Notes under the pieces: model-generated
What the model saw: the letters and a program-made list of their open reading frames with translations, nothing else
What the model was told of the DNA's origin: nothing
Database searches by the model: none
Position numbers and translations under genes: made by a program
Shown here: piece after piece, positions 33,577 through 39,256 of the stretch
Numbering within the stretch: position 1 is the first letter of the stretch
Layout of the letters: each line of letters opens with the position of its first letter
From: Kiritimatiellia bacterium
GTDB lineage: Bacteria > Verrucomicrobiota > Kiritimatiellia > RFP12 > UBA1067
Assembly: GCA_017629735.1 (NCBI GenBank)
Contig: JAGBWQ010000117.1
Span: forward strand, 1 to 39,256
DNA: 39,256 bases
Direction: 5' to 3'

Positions 33577-36500
33577 TTGCCACCCCCTGACTTTTTGCGC
33601 ACTATCAAAGTCCTCGAAGCGCGTGAAGACGAAACTTCCTTCCATCCGCGAAAGAGACCTGCGCTCGACGCAGGAAACACCTCGCACTCTCGCGCATTTA
33701 AGGTGCGAAGTATGGATAGGCACAACCTTCCGTCAACTTCGCGCGATGAAACCTTCTGCGTAATCCATACATTTGAAGACGATGATCCGCCAAAAGAGAA
33801 TTCAAAGTCCTCAGGAACGCTCTCTACTTGCGTATATCCCTTGGGGAACTTTACAACTATCTCGTGGCGTGAAAAATCATCTGCTGGCACGCAAATTGAA
33901 GTCTTTCTCTGTGCATCTTCGAGCTGAGGAATATTGCAAGGCAATGGCGGCAGCTCAATCTTCAAAAAATCTCCGGAGACTACTGCGAAATCCTTTGCAC
34001 CACACACAAAAGAGCGCTTCGCAGGATAACCGTCCGTATCACACTTTAAATCACTCTTTGCAACTGCCGCCTGCGAGTACGAGCAGACTAGCCCTTGATA
34101 GTGTCGCTTAAACGCCTCAGGGAGCATCTCCTTGTATCTCTTTCTAAAGCCCTCAACTCCCACACCAAAAATCTCCTGCTCGCTCGATATCTCAACAGAT
34201 CCATCTTCCTTAACATCAAAGACGGTCTTCTCTTTAAGAGCATCAACAAACCTCTCTTCGGCCACGCTCACAATTCCAAACTCTCCTTTGCTCGGATCAT
34301 AAAAATCTGAATGAGCAAATTCAGCAGGGCCGATTGGCGCATAATGACTTTCCGTTCCGATAAAAATTGTCTTCTCCCCATCACTCACGCGACAAAGCGG
34401 AAGAGCAAAAGCTCTCACATTCCCATCTGCCGCCTTTTGCTTGCGCCGAATCTCTTTCTCTTCCGTTGCATTGCCAGCCGAAAAAACTATGTCAGCATCA
34501 AAACCCGCACCTCTCAACAAAGCGGCAAGCGTGCGGATATAATCAAGGCGCGTAGCATAGCGCTCGCGAAGAACTTCATTTGGTGATGTTATCGCACTCT
34601 CGAGCGGCAACTCCCACATCCCAGGACCTGCAATCTTTACATTCTTTGACATCCAGTCGCGAACATCTTTAATCGAAAGCGAAGTTACCTTCTCCCCAAA
34701 TATTGCCTTCGGAGAAAGCGCTTCCACATCAGCTATTTTGCGGAGCCTTTCACGCACCGAATCAAAGCCGCCTTTTGAAACAGCAACGACATCGCGCCAG
34801 AGCAATCCATTAGGCTGAAAGTTTTCATCTTGATGACGAACTGGCGAAATCTCCTCTCTTCCCCAGTCATCGACTTTCACTTCAATCCTATCTGTCGGCT
34901 CATATGAGTCGAAATAATATTCGGCGCGGAATGGCGAGGGCGAATTTGTAACACTCCTGACAACCGTCCAGGAAACGACGCTTCCAATCTCGACAGACGG
35001 AAGATTGACGATCAGCGTTTTAGAGGCGGGATAACGCGGAGCTGCCGCAACCCAACCTGCGTCCATTACATTCTTCTCACGCTCTGAGGCATGAACAACG
35101 CGGCTCTCTCCATTACTCACCCACGCCTCAACTAAATCAATCGAGCACACAGCGGGATTAAACGAAAAGCTCAACTCTGAGTTATCCTTCTTCCCAGCAT
35201 AAGTAAGAATCTTCTTAACGACCTTATTTGTCGTGACCCAAGCTTTATCGGAGATAATATGCGTCTCACGCGAAACACTAATATTTCGCTCGTCCGCATC
35301 TGCCTCGTCATCGTTCGCAAAAAACGGCATTCTCTTCCCGATCCTCTCGCTCTCCTCAAGAGCCTTGCGCAGCGCGGCGTATTCATTCGGCGAAAACTCC
35401 ACTGCCGATATTCTCACATCACGCTCCGCAATCATTACATCTCCTGTAACAGAGAGTGTTCTGATAAGAGAATATTTTCCTTCAACAGAACTTTTTAACC
35501 GCCCTTCAGGATTAAGATATTTCCCTGCTCCATCATCAAGCGTAATTTTTATCTTCTCCTTCACCCCTGCCGTTGAATCAAGCACAAGCGGATATTTTCT
35601 CTCCAAAAGAGATGTGTTGTCGCGAAAGAGAAAGTTTGCAAGCCCAAGTTTAGCACCAATAAATGGTACCGAAAGTTCAGTACCTGTTTTGCCGCGGAGT
35701 GCCGCCTCTGGGAGACGCGCCTTTATCGAAAACTCGAGCGGCTTTTCCGTATCGCTCATATCGTCGCTCAAGAAAACGCACTCTAAAACTTCTGCTCCAG
35801 GCGAGATACTTTTAAGTATACGCGTAATAAGTTTTATGCGTTCTTTCTTCGTTCTCTTGATTAGCGCATGGCGATATGCAATATCATTTATCCCCTTGCA
35901 CGATACGACTGCATCAAGAAACATCGATCCATCAGAAGCAACCGTACATTTTGAATCAACAGAAAGCAAATTATGCTCAGGCGTGGCAACTGGCGATGTG
36001 AGAAGAGTTTCGCCCTCAGGCCGCGCCACGAGATAACTTTTATCGCCAAGATACGATGGGAACATATCAACAGTACTCTCGTCCGTCGGATCCATAAGGA
36101 TATATTCATCTGCTGGATTTTCCTCGACCGCAACAATCGCATGATTAAAGAACGGTTGCGGCACATCAGGATCCATCTTAGCTCCCGCATGAATAAGAAC
36201 AGGAAACGCCTTAAACCCAGCCATACGCAACAATGCCGCGAGAAGCGCCGCCTTGTCGCGGCAAACACCATAGCGATTATCGAAGGTCACATCAACATCG
36301 TGCGGCGCATAGCCGGGCGATGTCTCCTCCATCGTAAGCCCCATGTATCTTACTTCTTGCGAGACAAAGCGAAATATCCTACGCATCAAATCAAGGCGCG
36401 ATGAACCACTCTGGACACGAGCGCTCTCAACAAACGCAGCCATCGCGGCATTCGTCTTCGAAAGATGATTCTCGCAAAGCTTCCAGTACCATTTCGAAAT

Positions 36501-38276
36501 ATCTCTCCAATCTTCTGCCGTCGAAACTGCCACACGCTGCACTTGCGTGTAAAGCGGAGGCATATCGGGCTCGGGGAAACAACGCGGCGAATTTGTACAA
36601 ACGAAAGTGTGAACAATTTCTCCGCCAGGCAATTTCTTTGAAGAGGAAACAATATTGCCAAGTTCATTGCGTATTGAAATCTTTCGCAATGGTCTATCGG
36701 CGGGAGCAACAACTTCATAGACGGATCGAATGATGGGGCATGTCCACTCCATAACTGAAATATCACCCCACACACCCTCGCAATGCGGCTTGAGCGTACG
36801 CCTGAAAGTTTTTACGCGAAGCACATCGCCTATCTTAAGCCCAGGAACTGTGCACTTAATTACGCGATCAAGCGGGTCGTAAATATTTGCCACCATCGAG
36901 CTATTGTCGGTGGACTCCTTAGATAATGATCTTACATCAACAGCACGCTCAACACCATCTGCACCCGTAATCCCAACGAACTCAATCGCGGCCTCACCAT
37001 AACGCTTTGAATAATGGAGAGTAACCACGCTCTCTTGGCGGCGAGCGCGCTCCGTTAAAATCTTCGTGCGCGACTCTTCATGAGACTCATAAGTTCCATC
37101 GGGATTATACCTTACACGCTCTATCTCTTCGAGCAAAACAGAATCTGCATCTGGATATTCTTCAATTGTGATATCGCCAGCCTTTGCAACCACCGCCACA
37201 AATGCTGCAAGAATAGAAAGTATTATCATATTCACCTTCTTCTTCATAATCAACAAAATGCTACACACAGTTATCGCTAGTGCAATAAGGTTTACTCCCT
37301 CTTCCTGAGAGAAAAGGCAAGTTCCTGAAAACACGAAAAGCGCAAAAAGCATTAGCGCGACAGACGCAGGTCTTGCGCCACGCATCACACCGCGCACTAT
37401 TTTGCTCTCGCGAAATGCATCAAGCGAGGCAAAGGCGCAATAGGCGAGAACCGAGCCAGGGAGTAAAAGGCAAGACGACGCCACGATAGCGCCCAAAATC
37501 CCATGAAGCTTAAAGCCAAAGAAAGTTGCCGCGTTCACACCAATTGGCCCTGGCGTCATTTGCGTGAGCGCCATAAGATCTGCGAATTCACTTTCGGCAA
37601 TCTGCAAGAATGGAGCTGCGGAGCCGACAAAATCTTCGCAGTACATTGGAAGGAGCACGAAGCCTCCGCCAAAGCACAACGCTCCGTATTTCAAGAAGAC
37701 AAGTAGCGGTAAAAGAGATGATTTTACCTGAACGCCGCTCTTCTCACGAGGAGATGCAAACACGAGAAGCAGAGACGCAAGAATCGCCGAAAGAATTACA
37801 GCCCATACACTCGCACCAAGAAAAAGCGCAGCAAGAGCAACAAACATGAGAGAGAACGAGAACATATCAGGAAGACTTCTCTTCCAGCCGCGAATTAAGG
37901 TTGCGGCTATGATACCGACAAGAGCCGAGCGCAAACCTGTAAATGCAGAATCAAGAATTGGAGAGTTGATTGGAACTGCGCTATAACAACACGAGACAAT
38001 TGTAAATATAACTATGCTCGGCAAGGCAACTGCCAGCACGCCAAGAAATGCGCCAGGGATCCCTGACAATTTCCGCCCGACATATACTGCCGTGTGCGTC
38101 GCAATAAGACCTGGAATCATCTGGAAAACAGGAAGCGCGTCTACCAACTCGCCTTCTTTCGTCCATTTCTTTTTCGCGCAGACATCATCAGCGACGGCGA
38201 TTATTGCATAGCCGCCGCCAATAACAAAAAGGGAAACTTTGAACATTTCCCAAAAGAACTCGATTAGCTTTCTCAC
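33573..38276 (-). CDS. 1567-aa fusion: ChrA-type transporter (two CHR halves), then two tandem DUF3857/transglutaminase-like/DUF3858-type modules
   Basis: aa 1-365 are two CHR-family halves (FKVSLFVIGGGYAIIAVADD and LKYGALCFGGGFVLLPMYCEDFV...MTPGPIG). Module 1 has an intact transglutaminase-type triad context: RYGVCRDKAALLAALLRMAGF, NHAIVAV, ILMDPTD. Module 2 repeats the block as RYATRLDYIRTLAALLRGAGF without the Cys. GTG start overlapping the queD stop. Confidence 0.8.
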   Translation of the reverse strand: MRKLIEFFWEMFKVSLFVIGGGYAIIAVADDVCAKKKWTKEGELVDALPVFQMIPGLIATHTAVYVGRKLSGIPGAFLGVLAVALPSIVIFTIVSCCYSAVPINSPILDSAFTGLRSALVGIIAATLIRGWKRSLPDMFSFSLMFVALAALFLGASVWAVILSAILASLLLVFASPREKSGVQVKSSLLPLLVFLKYGALCFGGGFVLLPMYCEDFVGSAAPFLQIAESEFADLMALTQMTPGPIGVNAATFFGFKLHGILGAIVASSCLLLPGSVLAYCAFASLDAFRESKIVRGVMRGARPASVALMLFALFVFSGTCLFSQEEGVNLIALAITVCSILLIMKKKVNMIILSILAAFVAVVAKAGDITIEEYPDADSVLLEEIERVRYNPDGTYESHEESRTKILTERARRQESVVTLHYSKRYGEAAIEFVGITGADGVERAVDVRSLSKESTDNSSMVANIYDPLDRVIKCTVPGLKIGDVLRVKTFRRTLKPHCEGVWGDISVMEWTCPIIRSVYEVVAPADRPLRKISIRNELGNIVSSSKKLPGGEIVHTFVCTNSPRCFPEPDMPPLYTQVQRVAVSTAEDWRDISKWYWKLCENHLSKTNAAMAAFVESARVQSGSSRLDLMRRIFRFVSQEVRYMGLTMEETSPGYAPHDVDVTFDNRYGVCRDKAALLAALLRMAGFKAFPVLIHAGAKMDPDVPQPFFNHAIVAVEENPADEYILMDPTDESTVDMFPSYLGDKSYLVARPEGETLLTSPVATPEHNLLSVDSKCTVASDGSMFLDAVVSCKGINDIAYRHALIKRTKKERIKLITRILKSISPGAEVLECVFLSDDMSDTEKPLEFSIKARLPEAALRGKTGTELSVPFIGAKLGLANFLFRDNTSLLERKYPLVLDSTAGVKEKIKITLDDGAGKYLNPEGRLKSSVEGKYSLIRTLSVTGDVMIAERDVRISAVEFSPNEYAALRKALEESERIGKRMPFFANDDEADADERNISVSRETHIISDKAWVTTNKVVKKILTYAGKKDNSELSFSFNPAVCSIDLVEAWVSNGESRVVHASEREKNVMDAGWVAAAPRYPASKTLIVNLPSVEIGSVVSWTVVRSVTNSPSPFRAEYYFDSYEPTDRIEVKVDDWGREEISPVRHQDENFQPNGLLWRDVVAVSKGGFDSVRERLRKIADVEALSPKAIFGEKVTSLSIKDVRDWMSKNVKIAGPGMWELPLESAITSPNEVLRERYATRLDYIRTLAALLRGAGFDADIVFSAGNATEEKEIRRKQKAADGNVRAFALPLCRVSDGEKTIFIGTESHYAPIGPAEFAHSDFYDPSKGEFGIVSVAEERFVDALKEKTVFDVKEDGSVEISSEQEIFGVGVEGFRKRYKEMLPEAFKRHYQGLVCSYSQAAVAKSDLKCDTDGYPAKRSFVCGAKDFAVVSGDFLKIELPPLPCNIPQLEDAQRKTSICVPADDFSRHEIVVKFPKGYTQVESVPEDFEFSFGGSSSSNVWITQKVSSREVDGRLCLSILRTLNARECEVFPASSAGLFRGWKEVSSSRASRTLIVRKKSGGGK

Positions 38277-38686
38277 GCGCGGAATTCAGCGCAACTGTCG
38301 AGCGTCTCCCAGACCTTGACGGAAGAGAGCGACGGTATGCGCTTTTTCAACTCGCCAAAGAAAAGTTTCGCGAGATTCTCGGCCGTGGAGCGAAACGGCA
38401 CGGGAGCCGTACGCATTCCATGGCGCTCAACAACCGCTGCGATTTCGCACTCGCCCTCTGATGCCGTATTGTAGATGAAGGCGTGGTCGAACTTCTCGCA
38501 GATAACTTCGTTCGCAATATTTTTGATATCCTTAAAATCCATAACCATATCGCTTTGGCTGCCTTCCTCCTGTGCGACAGAAACATCTACGCGATACGTA
38601 TGACCATGAAGATTCTTGCACAATCCGCCGTGGTTGGTAAGAACATGCGCGGCATCGAAACGAACGGTTTTTGTGACTGTTATCAT
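38273..38686 (-). CDS. queD: 6-carboxy-5,6,7,8-tetrahydropterin synthase (PTPS family)
   Basis: TVRFDAAHVLTNHGGLCKNLHGHTYRVDV carries the zinc-binding His residues and the CxxxHGH motif. 137 aa. Confidence 0.9.
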   Translation of the reverse strand: MITVTKTVRFDAAHVLTNHGGLCKNLHGHTYRVDVSVAQEEGSQSDMVMDFKDIKNIANEVICEKFDHAFIYNTASEGECEIAAVVERHGMRTAPVPFRSTAENLAKLFFGELKKRIPSLSSVKVWETLDSCAEFRA

Positions 38687-38698
38687 AAAATGATGATT

Positions 38699-38965
38699 TT
38701 ATTTTTTAGGCGGATCTACCCGCAACGGACGAGAAACGACATCTATCACATTGACGCAATTGCGAAGCTGAAGAATTATCTGCTCCACCACTCTCTTTGA
38801 ACCAATGACATCAATGCGCATACGCGAGAGTGTGCAATCCTTCGTCGGCCCAACATTAAGCTTATGAATGTTGTAGCCGCGCCCTGAAATCAAACCCACG
38901 ATTCTTGCAAGAACGCCAGGCTTGTTTTCCACATGGCAGTCGAGACGATGTATTGAAATCTTCAT
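38699..38965 (-). CDS. ilvN: Acetolactate synthase small (regulatory) subunit, short ACT-domain form
   Basis: HRLDCHVENKPGVLARIVGLISGRGYNIHKLNVGPT is an ACT domain. 88 aa. ATGA overlap with the ALS large-subunit gene. Confidence 0.85.
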   Translation of the reverse strand: MKISIHRLDCHVENKPGVLARIVGLISGRGYNIHKLNVGPTKDCTLSRMRIDVIGSKRVVEQIILQLRNCVNVIDVVSRPLRVDPPKK

Positions 38966-39256
38966 ACTTGAGCCTCCGAATCTACCGAAACTTCAATAAG
39001 CACTGGCTCAGACAATTTAACAGCTTTTGCGACTGCCGCCTCAAGCTTTTTCAAGGAAGTTGCCTTAAAGCCACGCACACCACAAGCAGATGCCATCTTC
39101 ACAAAATCGGGACAGCGCATTTCTGTCGCAAACGCCCGCCCGCCCTTACGAGAAAGCTGCATCTGCCTCACTAAACCAAGAGAGTTATTTTCAAACACAA
39201 TGAAAAGAACCGGCAACGAATGTTCTGCCGCAACGACAAGCTCCTCAAAGGTCATC
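38962..39256 (-). CDS. ilvB: Acetolactate synthase large subunit, C-terminal end; the gene continues beyond the right edge
   Basis: FEELVVAAEHSLPVLFIVFENNSLGLVRQMQ...PDFVKMASACGVRGFKATSLKKLEAAVAKAVKLSEPVLIEV is the ThDP-binding C-terminal region of ALS/AHAS. The frame is open to the window edge. Confidence 0.85.
   Translation of the reverse strand, partial: MTFEELVVAAEHSLPVLFIVFENNSLGLVRQMQLSRKGGRAFATEMRCPDFVKMASACGVRGFKATSLKKLEAAVAKAVKLSEPVLIEVSVDSEAQV

Noticed and set aside
38687-38711. TAAAAT followed 9 nt later by the queD ATG, the same geometry as the leaderless candidates. I also considered a preQ1 riboswitch here.
   Set aside because: There is no TG extension and no plausible -35. 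The hexamer sits in an A/T run right at the ilvN stop. The 12-nt gap cannot hold a riboswitch. queD is more simply co-transcribed with ilvBN.
1-39256. Searched by eye for CRISPR arrays, tRNA/rRNA genes, IS elements or transposases, integrases, toxin-antitoxin pairs, restriction or defense genes, and long direct or inverted DNA repeats.
   Set aside because: None were seen. Intergenic spaces are too short (mostly under 50 nt) for RNA genes. The only repeated non-coding element is the 34-nt promoter-like motif reported above.

Overview
Gene-dense chromosomal segment with about 34 CDS and almost no intergenic DNA. The host looks like an anaerobic diderm bacterium: it encodes hybrid-cluster protein Hcp, a class-I Fe-S hydro-lyase, TatA and a secretin. 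The many prepilin-type FTLIEL proteins with GspG-like GWRGPY...DPWGN motifs suggest a PVC-type lineage (Lentisphaerota, Kiritimatiellota or Verrucomicrobiota), but that is inference only. Every gene except the TIGR02757-family gene and hcp is on the minus strand.

Gene order, left to right:
- uvrC (5' part), tatA, TIGR02757/DUF2400 gene, folC
- UbiA-type polyprenyl-phosphate phosphoribosyltransferase, an aromatic-Pro repeat protein, a GT-C-like membrane/TPR giant
- metY
- MacB-type ABC pair whose permease is fused to an EamA/DMT domain
- lone Fe-S hydro-lyase alpha subunit, anti-sigma, ECF sigma, cvpA, TPR lipoprotein, phosphomannomutase, secreted alpha/beta hydrolase
- a 10.7-kb type IV filament/T2SS-like locus: 4 pilins, secretin, GspF, GspE-like and PilT-like ATPases, PilN/PilO-like proteins
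- Crp/Fnr regulator divergent from hcp
- RluA-family pseudouridine synthase, a 1567-aa ChrA-transporter/double transglutaminase-like fusion, queD, ilvN, ilvB (3' end)

I saw no rRNA, tRNA, CRISPR, IS or phage genes.

Most interesting:
1. The hybrid pilus/T2SS locus, whose two operon starts carry the same 34-nt ECF-sigma-like promoter element.
2. The UbiA / WP-repeat / GT-C-TPR module.
3. Two unusual transporter fusions.
4. Recurrent extended -10 boxes placed 6-9 nt from start codons, suggesting leaderless mRNAs.

All functional calls rest on motif recognition by eye. No database search was run.
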